NCBI RefSeq assembly: GCF_051903065.1 | Contig: NZ_CP178438.1 | Origin: Escherichia coli | GTDB lineage: Bacteria > Pseudomonadota > Gammaproteobacteria > Enterobacterales > Enterobacteriaceae | Reading direction: 5' to 3' (one strand) | Length of the DNA: 64,000 nt | Shown here: positions 1-11,872 of the stretch, one piece after another | Layout of the letters: every line of letters begins with the position of its first letter | Position numbering within the stretch: position 1 is the first letter of the stretch | The notes under the pieces: model-generated | The model's input: the letters and a program-made list of their open reading frames with translations, nothing else | Database searches by the model: none | Told to the model about the DNA's origin: nothing | Translations under genes and position numbers: made by a program

Positions 1-33
1 AGCACCGGCTTGTTACAAAGTAAGAATGGGAGT

Positions 34-1353
34 TTAACTGCCCCAACGACTTTGCAGATAGCTGACCGCTTGTTGAGTCTGCGGTTTATTCAGATAGTCC
101 TCACGGAACAAGATGGTGCCGCTAATTTCGGGTACCGCATCGTTAAGATCGAGCTGCTTTTTCAGTTCCGGTACGCCGCCGTTAATCATCCAGTCTGGCT
201 CTATCTTTGAAGGTTCACCCACTTTATAGAAGGCGATACCGATATACAGGCGGGTCCTGGTCGGTTTAACGACATCCGCCCACCATTTTGCCAACACGTC
301 ATAACGCGCGGCACTCCGTGAGAACGGCCAGTAAATTTGGGGAGCAATGTAATCCAGCAATCCTTGTTCCACCCATCGACGAGTGTCAGCGTAGGATTCG
401 TCATAGGCTGCCGCGCCTCGGGTATCGGAGCCGAGCGGATCGTGTGATCGGTTACGCCACACGCCTGCCGGGCTAACGCCAAATTCGACTCCCGGCTTAA
501 TGCTTTTAATGGTGTGCGATACTTTTGCAATTAACTGCTGAGTATTGTTGCGCCGCCAGTCTGCTTTTGACGCAAATGCGCCTCCGTATTTGCGGTACGT
601 TTCGTTATCATTTAGCCGTGAACCCGGTGACTCAGTATAGAAATAGTCGTCAAACTGCACGCCATCTACCGGATAGCGGGAAACCACTTCTGCGACTATT
701 GATGTGATCCAGTCCTGAACCTCAGGGATGCCCGGGTCGAGGACAAAGCGATCGCCAGACGTTCTGATCCAGTCACGGTGTTGCACATAGACGCTCGCCG
801 GTTGTTGAGACAGAGTGCTATTCAGTTCCCTGATAGTACCGGGCTTCGTATTAACCGATACGCGATAGGGGTTAAACCAGGCGTGTACTTTCATCCCACG
901 CTTGTGGGCTTCGTCGAGCATAAATTGCAGCGGATCGTAACCCGGATTTTCACCAATCTTACCGGTCATAAGATCGGACCATGGCAAAATTTTCGATGGC
1001 CACAGGGCGGTACCGTCCGGCTTGACCTGGAAAAAGACCGTGTTTATACCGAGACGTTGCAGATGATCCAGTTTGTCGATCATCGCCTGTTGTTGTACAC
1101 GGGCCCGGCTGGTGGGGTTACTAATGTTAACCGAGGAAACCGGTGGCCAGTCGAGGCGAGACACCGTGGCCAGCCAGATGCCACGCATCGGTTGTGACGA
1201 TTGTTGCGTCGTGGCTGGTGGCTTTGAACCTGCTGGTGGTGTCACCATGGACTCTGGAGGCGTGCTTTTACAACTACACAGTAAAAGTGCCAGTGCAACC
1301 AGTATCGCTGGTCTTCTAATCGCTAATTTCTCGTTTCGGGAGCAGATATCCAT
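34..1353 (-). CDS. yddW: Putative lipoprotein glycoside-hydrolase-like protein YddW
   Basis: 439-aa ORF with N-terminal signal/lipobox-like LALLLCSC; matches remembered YddW; sits next to gadC as in K-12. Confidence 0.8.
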   Translation of the reverse strand: MDICSRNEKLAIRRPAILVALALLLCSCKSTPPESMVTPPAGSKPPATTQQSSQPMRGIWLATVSRLDWPPVSSVNISNPTSRARVQQQAMIDKLDHLQRLGINTVFFQVKPDGTALWPSKILPWSDLMTGKIGENPGYDPLQFMLDEAHKRGMKVHAWFNPYRVSVNTKPGTIRELNSTLSQQPASVYVQHRDWIRTSGDRFVLDPGIPEVQDWITSIVAEVVSRYPVDGVQFDDYFYTESPGSRLNDNETYRKYGGAFASKADWRRNNTQQLIAKVSHTIKSIKPGVEFGVSPAGVWRNRSHDPLGSDTRGAAAYDESYADTRRWVEQGLLDYIAPQIYWPFSRSAARYDVLAKWWADVVKPTRTRLYIGIAFYKVGEPSKIEPDWMINGGVPELKKQLDLNDAVPEISGTILFREDYLNKPQTQQAVSYLQSRWGS

Positions 1354-1434
1354 ATGTGCTGGTTTCCGGTAAACAGATGTGCGCTCATTCTCGTACTTAT
1401 CCCGGTTAAGTCAATACGACAGCAAGCACGAAAA

Positions 1435-1460
1435 AGGGAGCGATGAATTATCGCTCCCTT
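1435..1460 (-). terminator. Rho-independent terminator downstream of gadC
   Basis: Inverted repeat agggagcgat/atcgctccct with 5-nt loop; plus-strand A-run 1431-1435 gives a U-tract on the minus strand; lies 24 bp past the gadC stop. Confidence 0.55.
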
Positions 1461-1483
1461 GTCTTATAACCATTCAGACATGG

Positions 1484-3019
1484 TTAGTGTTTCTTGTCAT
1501 TCATCACAATATAGTGTGGTGAACGTGCACGCGGGTGCAGGAAGAAGTGACCTTTTGGTGCGTTCTGACTGTTGATTGGCTCCAGAGTGACGCCGGTATT
1601 CGCTTTGCCTTTACGATCATGAACAGCATAGAGAATAAAGGGCAGGGCAAGTACCACCAGGAAACTAACGACCAGTAATTCAACATACATATCGGTAGAG
1701 TCACCCTGGATATTATCCGGCGGCAGGAAGGAAACAATAAACGCCATAATTGAAGTCAGCAGACCGACAATAGCCACGACCAGTTTCACCCCTTTACCAC
1801 CAGGGATATTAAATGTGCGTTTTAAGTCAGGATGTTTAAGAACCAACACAATGTAGCCAATAAACAGCATGAAATAAGCACACAGATAAATCACCACCGT
1901 CAGCGCCAGTGCGATCAGGAAGGACATGTTGTTACCGCCACCGGTATTGGTGAGGATGATCAACGCGATAGAAGTAATCACCAGCTGTGAAATGACCAGC
2001 GTTACCGGTACGCCATTTTTGTTCATTTTAGCGAATGCCGCTGGCAGCAGGTTTTTCTGCGCTGTGACATACATCCCGCGAGAAGGACCAACAATCCAGG
2101 AGGCGATTTCCGCCAGAACACCCAGCAACAGCAGTGCGGAGATCACGCGAACCGTCCACTCAATTTCCGGTGCCACATGGGACATCAGAACGGTAAAGGT
2201 TTGCATTACCCCTGCGGAGAGGTTGATTTCATTACCCGGAATGACCATCGCAATAGACAAACCACCAACAGAGCTTAAGCAGATTGCCGCCACCATCAGC
2301 AGTAACATAGCCAGTGGATAGTCGCGCCCTGGGTTGCTCATTTCATTGACGTGGGTTGCGGATGCTTCTACGCCCATATAACTCAAAATGAAGGCAACAA
2401 ATACTACCAGGGTGCCCACTTTAGAGAAGTCAGGGAAGAAGGTCTTCGAATCCATTTCGATAGCAACGGGGGCACCGGAGTGCAGATAAATAGCCGCTAA
2501 TGCGATCAAAATAAATGCAGGTAACAGGATACCGGCGAAGAAGCCAACTTTAGCAATGCGCGCCGTGTATTTCGTGCCACCAAACTGCGTTAATGCCAGC
2601 GCCCAAAGAATGATGAGTGCTGCAATAGTTTTGGTAATGGGGTCTTCATTCAGCGCTGGCCATTTCAGGATGTAGGAGAGTGCCCCTAACACGAAATAGA
2701 GCATCGGAATAAAACCAATGGCGATTTGCAGATAGCCAAATGAGATCGCTGCAAATCCCCATCTCGGCCCCAGAGTATTTGATACCCAGGCGAAGACACC
2801 ACCTTCTTCCCAGCCGTCGACGGTGGCCATTTCCGCAGCACAAAGTCCCACGGGAATAAACCATAAAATCCCGCCTAATAGCAGGAAGAAGACTAATGAA
2901 AAGCCCGATGTTGCGAAGGTAGGGTATTCATAAACAGCCATTACCATCGATGCCGTTATGGCAAAAAAGCCGAGTAATGTGAGCTGCTTAGCTTTACCTG
3001 TCTGTACTGATGTAGCCAT
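1484..3019 (-). CDS. gadC: Glutamate:GABA antiporter GadC
   Basis: 511-aa polytopic membrane ORF, recognised sequence; immediately downstream of gadB. Confidence 0.95.
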   Translation of the reverse strand: MATSVQTGKAKQLTLLGFFAITASMVMAVYEYPTFATSGFSLVFFLLLGGILWFIPVGLCAAEMATVDGWEEGGVFAWVSNTLGPRWGFAAISFGYLQIAIGFIPMLYFVLGALSYILKWPALNEDPITKTIAALIILWALALTQFGGTKYTARIAKVGFFAGILLPAFILIALAAIYLHSGAPVAIEMDSKTFFPDFSKVGTLVVFVAFILSYMGVEASATHVNEMSNPGRDYPLAMLLLMVAAICLSSVGGLSIAMVIPGNEINLSAGVMQTFTVLMSHVAPEIEWTVRVISALLLLGVLAEIASWIVGPSRGMYVTAQKNLLPAAFAKMNKNGVPVTLVISQLVITSIALIILTNTGGGNNMSFLIALALTVVIYLCAYFMLFIGYIVLVLKHPDLKRTFNIPGGKGVKLVVAIVGLLTSIMAFIVSFLPPDNIQGDSTDMYVELLVVSFLVVLALPFILYAVHDRKGKANTGVTLEPINSQNAPKGHFFLHPRARSPHYIVMNDKKH

Positions 3020-3174
3020 ATTATCCCCCTAAAACGGTATTCCTGTCGGAACCGCACCTGTTTTGTTCTGAAGCGTATTCAGAACAATATTTTCCGTTGC
3101 TAATGCCAGTGAACAGACTTTGGAAATTGTCCCGAAACGGGTTCGTTTCGGGACACCGTTACCGTTAAACGTTA

Positions 3175-4575
3175 TCAGGTATGTTTAAAGCTGTTCTGTT
3201 GGGCAATACCCTGCAGTTTCGGGTGATCACTGAGATATTTCAGGGAGGCTTTGTAGTCTTCCAGCAACAGTTCAGCAAAGTCCATTTCGAAGCCGCGACG
3301 ACACATAATGCGCATCACCACGATGTCGGTGGCTTCACCGCCGAGAGTGAAGGCCGGAACCTGCCAGCCGCGCAGACGCAGACGTTCAGAGAGGTCGTAC
3401 AGGGTGTATCCCGGATCTTCACCATCTTTGAGTTTGAAGCAAACCGCCGGAATGCCTTCGTCCGGGCGACCGGTACAGATGAACTCATACGGCCCCAGTT
3501 TGGCGATTTCATCCGCCAGATAAGCGGCAACCTGGTAAGAGGCGTTCTGTACTTTGGTGTAGCCTTCACGACCGAGGCGCAGGAATTCATAGTACTGTGC
3601 AATTACCTGACCCGCCGGGCGGGAGAAGTTGATGGCGAAAGTACCAATCTGACCCCCCAGGTAGTCAACGTTGAACACCAGTTCCTGCGGCAGCGCTTCT
3701 TCATCACGCCAGATAACCCAGCCGCAGCCCAGCGGAGCCAGACCGAATTTATGGCCTGAAGCACTGATCGATTTCACACGCGGCAGGCGGAAGTCCCAGA
3801 CGATATCCGGGGCGACGAACGGTGCCAGGAAGCCACCGCTGGCGGCGTCGATGTGCATGTCGATGTCGATACCGGTGTCGGCCTGGAATTTATCCAGCGC
3901 ATCGTGCAGCGGTTGCGGGAACTCATAGTTACCGGTGTAGGTCACGCCGAAAGTCGGCACCACGCCGATGGTATTTTCGTCGCAGGCTTCAATCATGCGT
4001 TTCGGATCCATAAACAACTGACCGGGGCGCATAGGGATCTCACGCAGCTCCACATCCCAGTAGCGGGCGAATTTATGCCAGCAGATTTGCACCGGACCGC
4101 ACACCAGGTTTGGTTTATCCGTTGGTTTGCCTGCAGCTTCCATACGCTTGCGCCAACGCCATTTCATCGCCATCCCGCCGAGCATACAGGCCTCGGAAGA
4201 ACCAATGGTGTTGGTGCCAACGGCCTGACCATTTTTCGGCGCAGGCGCATGCCACAGATCGGCAACCATATTTACGCAACGCAGGTCGATGGCTGCGGAT
4301 TGCGGATATTCTTCTTTGTCGATCCAGTTTTTGTTAATGGATAAATCCATCAACTTGTGGACATTTTCGTCGTCCCAGGTCTGGCAGAAAGTGGCCAGGT
4401 TCTGACGAGCGTTGCCATCAAGATATAATTCGTCATTGATAATCTGAAATGCGACATCGTCGCGCATTTCGTGCAGCGGAAAACGTTTTGATTCTGCGAT
4501 AGTGGAAATAGACTTCGCACCAAAACGTGAATCGAGTAGTTCCGACCTTAAATCCGTTACTTGCTTCTTATCCAT
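3175..4575 (-). CDS. gadB: Glutamate decarboxylase beta (PLP-dependent)
   Basis: ORF runs to 4644 but the protein matches GadB from the internal [15 protein letters not shown] start (466 aa); SGHKFG PLP-lysine motif present. Confidence 0.95.
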   Translation of the reverse strand: MDKKQVTDLRSELLDSRFGAKSISTIAESKRFPLHEMRDDVAFQIINDELYLDGNARQNLATFCQTWDDENVHKLMDLSINKNWIDKEEYPQSAAIDLRCVNMVADLWHAPAPKNGQAVGTNTIGSSEACMLGGMAMKWRWRKRMEAAGKPTDKPNLVCGPVQICWHKFARYWDVELREIPMRPGQLFMDPKRMIEACDENTIGVVPTFGVTYTGNYEFPQPLHDALDKFQADTGIDIDMHIDAASGGFLAPFVAPDIVWDFRLPRVKSISASGHKFGLAPLGCGWVIWRDEEALPQELVFNVDYLGGQIGTFAINFSRPAGQVIAQYYEFLRLGREGYTKVQNASYQVAAYLADEIAKLGPYEFICTGRPDEGIPAVCFKLKDGEDPGYTLYDLSERLRLRGWQVPAFTLGGEATDIVVMRIMCRRGFEMDFAELLLEDYKASLKYLSDHPKLQGIAQQNSFKHT

Positions 4576-4654
4576 TTTAAACTCCTTAAAATGATTGGAT
4601 CGCATTAAAAAAGTAGGATTTATCGATAAAGTAAGCAAGTGCAAAGGACTCGTG

Positions 4655-4674
4655 TTTAAATAACAAAATCCTAA
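4655..4674 (-). promoter_or_regulatory. GAD box (GadE/GadX-RpoS binding element) in the gadB promoter
   Basis: Minus-strand sequence TTAGGATTTTGTTATTTAAA, about 80 bp upstream of the gadB start codon. Confidence 0.7.
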
Positions 4675-4907
4675 TGTTATTTATCGTGAGATATTGCGTG
4701 AATAATATTTTTTCATTGAAAAACAATATAGTAGGGAGCTCTTGGGTGGTGGTAAGGTGTTTTATGCTGTTATTTTTATGCGCTTTCTTTGCCTCCTGAA
4801 TTATCACGTAAAAATCAGACCTTAAAATATCACTATTAGTACTTGGTTATTATTTTGAACGCATTTATAAAATTATTACATAAAAATAGCGAATATTGCT
4901 AAAATCC

Positions 4908-4932
4908 CCGCCAACGATGTGTTGACGGGGCT
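4908..4932 (-). terminator. Candidate terminator downstream of pqqL
   Basis: Imperfect GC-rich inverted repeat ccccgccaac...gttgacgggg; on the minus strand it is followed by a U-rich stretch just past the pqqL stop. Confidence 0.4.
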
Positions 4933-4936
4933 GTTA

Positions 4937-7732
4937 TTATTTTGGCAATAATACTCCGGTATAGGTATTTACCGGATGAGAAAGATATTGTTTAACGGCA
5001 GTGTTAACATTCTCTACCGTCATTTGTTTCAACAATTGCTCCTGCTCAGCCCATGCTGCAGGATCGTCATATTGAATAAGACTATTTACAATAGTGTTCG
5101 CTAATTGTTGAACGCTACGCTGTTGGATATCGAGGCTGCGCTGAACGTTTTGCTGGTATTCGTTCAGTTCTTGCTCACTGATCCCCTTAGTCAAACGCTT
5201 AACCATCACTTCATTCGCTAACGTTAACAGTTCATCATGTCGTTCTGGTTGACAAGTAAAAGCCAGCAAATGACTGATATCTTTGGCCTGAGGATCAACC
5301 GAGAGGCGAGAAGAAACGCTGTATGCCCCAGATGCCTGTTCACGAATATTAACGCGTAGATCTTTTGCCAGTGCGACGTTAAAAGCATCGAGCGCCATAC
5401 GCGTCGCCAGATTAACAGGTGTCCGGGAATCATAACGCTTCCACTGTGAAACCTGTGCCACAGGTTCATTTTGTTCCTTTACAGTAACCGATGCGTTGTC
5501 CGTCGCGCGAGTTAATGGTTTACCTGCGGCTAATGGCGAATCAGAGTGTTTGATTGATCCTAAGTAACGCGTAATTAACGCCACGAGTTTGTCTTCTGCG
5601 ACATTACCGACAATGACAAACGTGATATCCGCTGGAGATGAAAACAACTGGCGATCGGCAGCCAGCGCATCTGCGGCAGTAAACTGTGCAATCTGATTTT
5701 CTTGCAGTAATTTCGTGCGGTCATCAGCATAGCGCGTCTCATACATCTGCTGGGCGAATTTCTCCGCTGGACGCTGGTCGAGCGTTTTCAACGCCTGAAT
5801 TTGAGCATTTTGTAGCGATGCCCAAATATTGTCGTTAATCGTGCTGTGGGTGATTCGCTGGTTAATCAACTGAAAACCAGGTTCAGGGTTATTAGTCCGC
5901 GCGCTAACGGAGAGCAACGTATTCATGCCACTGACTTTACTGCTCATGGTTACCGAGTTTTCCGCACTCCAGCGTTTCAGGCTGGAAGAGGAGAGTTCGC
6001 CAACGCCGCTTCCGCTAACTGCTTTATTTGCCAGCGCGATAAGTGATTTTTGCTGCGCAGGGAAACTTAAATCGCCTTTATTCGATACGGCAATAATTTG
6101 TAGCTTTTGCTCTTCACCCGCGGATTTTGCCAGAATAACCCTGGCACCATTGGAAAGTGTTAATGATGTCAGATTCTCAGCCAGCGTTTCTTTGCTGCTA
6201 ATTTCCGCCTGTGGGTCAGCGTCTACTGTTAACGATAAATTTCTGCCTGGGAAGATGTAAGCCGCCAGCTTTTTGTTGGCGTACTCTTTTTCCAGCGCCA
6301 GGATAGCCGCAGGAGACAATGCTTTTTTGGCGGCAAGCTCATTGTTTACCATTTGCTCCCAAAATGCGTCCTGGTTCTTTCTTAACTGCTGCCATTTTTC
6401 CGCCAGACTTTGCACGGTAATTTGCTGCCACAGACGTTTCGAAAGTTGATATGTCTCTTCCGGCGACAAGAACGGCGTATTATTTAATGAGCTTGATGCC
6501 AGGCGACTGGTCAGCATACGTAAATCACGTTCAGCTTGCTGATCAACCGCATTTTTCAGCCAGGTGAGGCGGGTAGATTTGACATCATCGAGTTCTTCAG
6601 CAGAAAAACCATGCTGATCAATGGCTGTTAACTCTGCCATTAATGCATTCGCAGCATCCTGCATATTATCGTCTCGTGCATTTACACGGAAAAACAGCGA
6701 CTGATAATCGGGTGCAATTTTAACGCTGCGCGCAGTGCCGCCAGAAATAGTCTTCAACTCGCCCGACTGTATGCGTTCCTGCAGACGTTGATTGAACAGC
6801 TGAACTAACATGCTCCATTCAGCTTGTTCGATAAAGCTTTGCTCATCGTTCACTTGTACCATTGGCAGGCGATAATAGAGTGCGATGCCGTTCACCCGGT
6901 TTTCTTTATCATTAATGATATTAAAGCGCAGGTGATTTTCGGCTTTTGTCGGCCAGACGCGATTTTCAGCTGCTTTGTTAGCTGGAAGCTTACTTAAATT
7001 ATCCTTTATCAGCGCCAGCGCTTCTTTACTGTCGATATCGCCAACCACGATAAAGGTCATATTATTTGGTTGATACCAGCGTTGATAAAATTGGCGCAAT
7101 TGTGCCGGTGTGACCGTGGCGACAGTATCCATCAGGCCGATAGGTTCACGGTCTAAATTACGGGTATTAGCCAGCAGGAAAGGGCGGCGCGCCTGAGAGG
7201 TGCGCCATTTCGCATCCTGATGGGCACGCCATTCCTCAGTAATTACGCCGCGTTCAGCGTCTACTTCGAGTTTTTCAAAGGTTGCGGCATTACTCCATTC
7301 ACTGAAGATTGCCATCACTTGTTGCAGATTTTGTTTCTGCGTAGTTGGCAAACTCACCTGATACACCGTTTCGTCATAGCTGGTATAGGCATTAACATCG
7401 CGACCAAAACGCAGGCCCATTGACTCAAATGTTTCGATGACTTTATTACCCGGCCATGTTTTTGTGCCGTTAAACATCATATGTTCTACAAAATGAGCCA
7501 CGCCGCGCTCATTGTCTTCTTCCTGCAATGAACCGGTATGAATTTGCAGCCATAAATTTACCTGATCCTTTGGTTGAGCATGCGGATAAATCATATATCG
7601 CAAGCCATTGTCCAGTTGTCCGGTAATTAACTTTTCATCCTGCGGTAAGGCGGCGGCAATCAGCCGCCCGGGGAGCAACAGAGTTGCCACTAACGTCAGT
7701 AAGAAACAGAGGTTTCTCATAATTATCTCCAT
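4937..7732 (-). CDS. pqqL: M16-family zinc metallopeptidase PqqL
   Basis: 931-aa ORF with signal peptide and inverted zincin motif HFVEH. Confidence 0.9.
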   Translation of the reverse strand: MEIIMRNLCFLLTLVATLLLPGRLIAAALPQDEKLITGQLDNGLRYMIYPHAQPKDQVNLWLQIHTGSLQEEDNERGVAHFVEHMMFNGTKTWPGNKVIETFESMGLRFGRDVNAYTSYDETVYQVSLPTTQKQNLQQVMAIFSEWSNAATFEKLEVDAERGVITEEWRAHQDAKWRTSQARRPFLLANTRNLDREPIGLMDTVATVTPAQLRQFYQRWYQPNNMTFIVVGDIDSKEALALIKDNLSKLPANKAAENRVWPTKAENHLRFNIINDKENRVNGIALYYRLPMVQVNDEQSFIEQAEWSMLVQLFNQRLQERIQSGELKTISGGTARSVKIAPDYQSLFFRVNARDDNMQDAANALMAELTAIDQHGFSAEELDDVKSTRLTWLKNAVDQQAERDLRMLTSRLASSSLNNTPFLSPEETYQLSKRLWQQITVQSLAEKWQQLRKNQDAFWEQMVNNELAAKKALSPAAILALEKEYANKKLAAYIFPGRNLSLTVDADPQAEISSKETLAENLTSLTLSNGARVILAKSAGEEQKLQIIAVSNKGDLSFPAQQKSLIALANKAVSGSGVGELSSSSLKRWSAENSVTMSSKVSGMNTLLSVSARTNNPEPGFQLINQRITHSTINDNIWASLQNAQIQALKTLDQRPAEKFAQQMYETRYADDRTKLLQENQIAQFTAADALAADRQLFSSPADITFVIVGNVAEDKLVALITRYLGSIKHSDSPLAAGKPLTRATDNASVTVKEQNEPVAQVSQWKRYDSRTPVNLATRMALDAFNVALAKDLRVNIREQASGAYSVSSRLSVDPQAKDISHLLAFTCQPERHDELLTLANEVMVKRLTKGISEQELNEYQQNVQRSLDIQQRSVQQLANTIVNSLIQYDDPAAWAEQEQLLKQMTVENVNTAVKQYLSHPVNTYTGVLLPK

Positions 7733-7776
7733 GCGAAAACCGGGCGAATTTACCCGGTTAAGTAAAATCCGAACTA

Positions 7777-10149
7777 TTAAAATTTCATGCTGACATCAAG
7801 CCAGAAAGTACGGCCACTGGCGTAGGTCGCCACACCGGTATTCGTTGTATCAACCGCGGTTTTGCTATCCAGTACATTGAGAATATCGGCACTGATCGTC
7901 AGGTTTTGTTGTTTCAGAAATTGTGGCGTCCAGGACAAGCGGGTGTCCCAGGTCAGGCTGCTATCCAGTTTTTCGTCAACATACTGCTTGTAATCTGAAT
8001 ATTCGCTGATGTATTGCGCATTTGTCTTACCCAGGATAATGCGAGCTTTACGCGCTTCTTGCCAGGCCAGCGTATTCGCCCACACCAACCCGCTCGGTTG
8101 ATGCGTGAAATCCATGTTTAAGGAGATCTTTAATGGGTTATTAAAATCTGCCACTGGAACGCTATCGTAAGAGACAAGATTACCGTTATAAACCACCTGG
8201 TTATCACCGGTATTGCTCTCCTCATAACCATTGTTTAACGACAAGTTGCCCTTGCTCTTGATATAGCTAAAGACAATTTGCGGGTTAATATCTACCTGGC
8301 TGATATGCAGGGGTTCGGCCAGTTCAAAACTGAGGTTGAGCGAATGCGTTTTGGTTTTGCCGTCGTTGTTATATTCAGTAATGGTGGTTTTAGTCGCGCT
8401 GTCGGTACGACTGCTTTTGCTGATTTGATCATGCGCTTCACGGTAAACATAGTTTGCGCGCGCAATAACGTTCTTACCGATTTTTTGCTGCAATCCCATT
8501 GCCAGTTCATCGTTATAAGGCGTTTTCAAATCCTGATAACGCGTCAGGGTTTTATTACCTGATACCGATTCCGTCCAGCTATTGCGGATATCACGTAATC
8601 CCATATCAAGAATATTCCCGCCATAGTAACGGTTATAACCTGCTGTAATCATTGAGGTTTGATCAGCAAAAATATCCCATTCCGTCATAAAGCGCGGGGA
8701 GATATTGTGGTTTGACAGATAGTTGTCATAGTCATACCGCACGCCGGGCATTAATGACACATTACGCCAGCTAATGCGATCCGCCATATACAGTGTGTAG
8801 TTGTCAATTCCCAGGCTGCCTTTACCTTTATGGTAAATGGTATGGTTAGTTTTCTTTCCGGCAGCATTAATCACATAGGATTCAGACTGGTTATGGCGTT
8901 CAGTCCACGCATCGGAATAGATGTATTCCGCGCCGAAGTAGGGTTGATGCGAAACATTACCCACGGCGAATTTTTGCCAGTCCAGGCGTGTTTTGAAGGT
9001 GTAATTATCTACAGCCTGGGAAATGTGTCCTAATCCGCCACGGGTGCAACGCCCTGTAATATCACCATATGTACATGAAAGTTCGGTGTACCAGATGTCA
9101 TGATCGTGACGGGTATAATCACTAATATGATCCCAACCAACGGTGGTACGTAGTTTGGCCCATGCGAGCTGCGTATCCATATCCCATGCCAGACCATAGG
9201 ATTTATTACCCATTTCGCGATCAGACTGCGGGAAGGTGCTGGTATTATAATCACGGCTGGAGCCGGTATATTTTAAGGTTAAATCGTGGGTAAAGCGGTC
9301 GCTGGCAAACCAGGTAAATTTGCTCAATGCAGTATCGATAACGTTTTTATACTGTGCCCGACCGGCGACAATGCCGTCATTCGAAACATAATCCGCGCGG
9401 GTGATATCTGACTGGCGGCGCGATAAACCGGCGGTAACGCCAAAGTTATCAGCGAGTTCCTGATTAAACGACAAGGTATAAAAGTTCTTTTTAAAATCTG
9501 GGGAGTAATAAGTACTTCCTGAAGAGCCTTGATTAAATGCGCTCTTGTTATTCTCATCGATATGCGATGTTAACCAGTCCGAACGCGTAGTGCGATAACC
9601 CAGTTTCACGCTGCTATCATCAGCGTTGAAGCGTTTGATCTTTGCATCAATTACCCCGCCATTGAAGCGACCGAATTCAACCGGCACAAAACTGTCATAA
9701 AGCGTCACATTGTCCAGTAAGCTGACATCAAGATAATACCCCTGTGACATCCCGCTAATATTGGTTGCACTACTGGCATCGGACTCATTCGCTGGGTTCA
9801 GGTTATTAGTGGCACTAATACCGTCAATCAAATAGGCATTCTGATAGGGCGACGCACCGTGAATAGAGATTTTCTCCGGGCGAATATCTCCCTGGTTCAA
9901 CGAGGTACTTTGCGTTGAATCCATGCGTACCGCAGGGTTGGTTCTCAGCAGATCGCTGATATTGCCATTCCCGGTCGGTAAACGCTCGATGCTTTCACTG
10001 GTGTAATGCGTGTTGCCGTTTACGGGTACAGGGACAGGAGCATAGACCGTCATCTCTTCAAAAACATGCATGTACATGTTTTTGTCATCGACGGCCTGCG
10101 CCACATCAGCGCCACATAAAATGACGCCAGGAATAAGAACTCGCTTCAT
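7777..10149 (-). CDS. yddB: TonB-dependent outer-membrane receptor YddB
   Basis: 790-aa ORF with signal peptide and C-terminal beta-barrel ending in aromatic F; operon partner of yddA/pqqL. Confidence 0.9.
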   Translation of the reverse strand: MKRVLIPGVILCGADVAQAVDDKNMYMHVFEEMTVYAPVPVPVNGNTHYTSESIERLPTGNGNISDLLRTNPAVRMDSTQSTSLNQGDIRPEKISIHGASPYQNAYLIDGISATNNLNPANESDASSATNISGMSQGYYLDVSLLDNVTLYDSFVPVEFGRFNGGVIDAKIKRFNADDSSVKLGYRTTRSDWLTSHIDENNKSAFNQGSSGSTYYSPDFKKNFYTLSFNQELADNFGVTAGLSRRQSDITRADYVSNDGIVAGRAQYKNVIDTALSKFTWFASDRFTHDLTLKYTGSSRDYNTSTFPQSDREMGNKSYGLAWDMDTQLAWAKLRTTVGWDHISDYTRHDHDIWYTELSCTYGDITGRCTRGGLGHISQAVDNYTFKTRLDWQKFAVGNVSHQPYFGAEYIYSDAWTERHNQSESYVINAAGKKTNHTIYHKGKGSLGIDNYTLYMADRISWRNVSLMPGVRYDYDNYLSNHNISPRFMTEWDIFADQTSMITAGYNRYYGGNILDMGLRDIRNSWTESVSGNKTLTRYQDLKTPYNDELAMGLQQKIGKNVIARANYVYREAHDQISKSSRTDSATKTTITEYNNDGKTKTHSLNLSFELAEPLHISQVDINPQIVFSYIKSKGNLSLNNGYEESNTGDNQVVYNGNLVSYDSVPVADFNNPLKISLNMDFTHQPSGLVWANTLAWQEARKARIILGKTNAQYISEYSDYKQYVDEKLDSSLTWDTRLSWTPQFLKQQNLTISADILNVLDSKTAVDTTNTGVATYASGRTFWLDVSMKF

Positions 10150-10186
10150 TTATTTATATCTCCGTACAGCAGGGCTTTTATTGTTT

Positions 10187-11872
10187 TTATAAAACCGCGC
10201 TAATGTCACAAATATCATCTGCCAGGTTCCAGACACCGGGTTGATGTGTAACCATAATGACGCCGCTTGTGGGTAGTTTTTCACGCACTAAACGCAGTAA
10301 GCGGATAGCCTCTTGTTCCTCAAGATGAGAGGTAGTTTCGTCAAGAAATATCCATTTCGGACGTCGTAAAATTAATCGTGCCAGGGCGATACGTTGTTTT
10401 TCGCCGCTGGAAAGAATATCTCCCCAGCGATCGTGGTCATGAATACGCGCAGCCAATTTCCCCAGACCAACCTGATGCAGTACTTCGCTCAACGATTTAT
10501 CGTCTACGAGCAGGGGAAGTGCTTTACAAATAATCTCTTTCAGTAAGCCGCTTTTGATTAACGGTGTTTGTGACACATACCAACTGTCAGCAGGAGAAGA
10601 AATATCACCTTTAAACCACGGCCAGCAGTGGGATAATGTTTTAAGCAGTGTGGTTTTTCCCGCACCAGAGTAACCTTTCAGTAATAGCCATTTGCCTGGC
10701 GAAACATGAAAGTTCAGGTTCTCTAATATGATCTTATTATCAGGCGTACGAATACTCGCATCAGCCACTTGTACCGCATGTTGGCAATTTTTAGGCTTAT
10801 TCGTAGGGCGCTGTTCAGTGAGTTGATGGAACTCATACAAGCGATCGATAACCGCAGCCAGTTCAGCAAGTTCGTCATATTTATAGATAAACCAGCTTAA
10901 ATTGTTCGATACCAGCATAAATGCCTGGCGCGATTTCATCAGTCCGCCCAGATTGATCTGCCCGCTAATAAACTGCGGCAATAACAGAAAGTAGGGAAGA
11001 ACGCTAAGCGAGCGCGAATAAATATTTTGCCAGTAATCAAGCCACCGCTGACGATTCATTAAACGATGCCAGTTCTCTTTAATGGTATGAAAATTGTCGC
11101 TCAACTCCTGGCGTTGTAGAGACTCAGCATTGCTTAGCGCAATCAGTTCAGCCTGCTTATTATGCTGCACAAGATTTGTTCGAAATGTCGCTTCGCTACG
11201 TTGTTTTTCCACATTAAGCGGACGAATACGTTTACCAACCTTATGGGTAAATAAAGTTCCACCGATCACAATGAGCACAACGGTATAGACCATATACCCC
11301 TGGATATTCCATTCTGTTCCACCAACAGTGAATGAGAGCGTACCCGCGCTTTGCCAAAGAATAACGGTAAAGGTGATCAGCATGCTAAGTGACTGGATGA
11401 AGCCAAATGAAAGACTGAGCGTTTTGCTGATCAGTAAGAGAATGTCTTCAGCGATACGTTGGTCAGGGTTATCTGTATTTTTATGCTCGCCGTAGATCTG
11501 CGTGAAGTAGTAGTTTTTATCTGCAAACCAGCGATTAAGGTAGTAATCTGTTAACCATTCGCGCCAGCGAATAGTCAGCAGTTTAATTAACCATGTTTTG
11601 TTTACGGATATTAATACAAAGATCCCCAGCAGGGCAGGGAACCAAAGGACAAGCTGCCAAAGCTTATCGGTTTCTTTCTGGCTTAGCGCATTGAAAAAAT
11701 CATTATTCCAGTCGTTTAACCAGACCTGAATTTTAACCACGCCAAGGATCATGGCGAGGATAATAATGATTAACAACACTGAAGTTTTATTATTCTTACG
11801 CAGCCAAAAGGGCTTCAGCAGACAGAGATACTTTGCTATCAACATACAAAACGTAATGGGAATGGTTATCAT
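10187..11872 (-). CDS. yddA: ABC transporter fused permease/ATPase YddA
   Basis: 561 aa; N-terminal TM domain; Walker A GYSGAGKTT and ABC signature LSSGEKQR. Confidence 0.9.
   Translation of the reverse strand: MITIPITFCMLIAKYLCLLKPFWLRKNNKTSVLLIIIILAMILGVVKIQVWLNDWNNDFFNALSQKETDKLWQLVLWFPALLGIFVLISVNKTWLIKLLTIRWREWLTDYYLNRWFADKNYYFTQIYGEHKNTDNPDQRIAEDILLLISKTLSLSFGFIQSLSMLITFTVILWQSAGTLSFTVGGTEWNIQGYMVYTVVLIVIGGTLFTHKVGKRIRPLNVEKQRSEATFRTNLVQHNKQAELIALSNAESLQRQELSDNFHTIKENWHRLMNRQRWLDYWQNIYSRSLSVLPYFLLLPQFISGQINLGGLMKSRQAFMLVSNNLSWFIYKYDELAELAAVIDRLYEFHQLTEQRPTNKPKNCQHAVQVADASIRTPDNKIILENLNFHVSPGKWLLLKGYSGAGKTTLLKTLSHCWPWFKGDISSPADSWYVSQTPLIKSGLLKEIICKALPLLVDDKSLSEVLHQVGLGKLAARIHDHDRWGDILSSGEKQRIALARLILRRPKWIFLDETTSHLEEQEAIRLLRLVREKLPTSGVIMVTHQPGVWNLADDICDISAVL

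Noticed and set aside
3181-3759. 192-aa plus-strand ORF (and several others) lying entirely inside gadB on the opposite strand
   Set aside because: A shadow ORF antisense to a well-supported gene, with no independent signals. The same applies to antisense ORFs inside yddW, pqqL, yddB, ydeP, lsr genes and uxaB.
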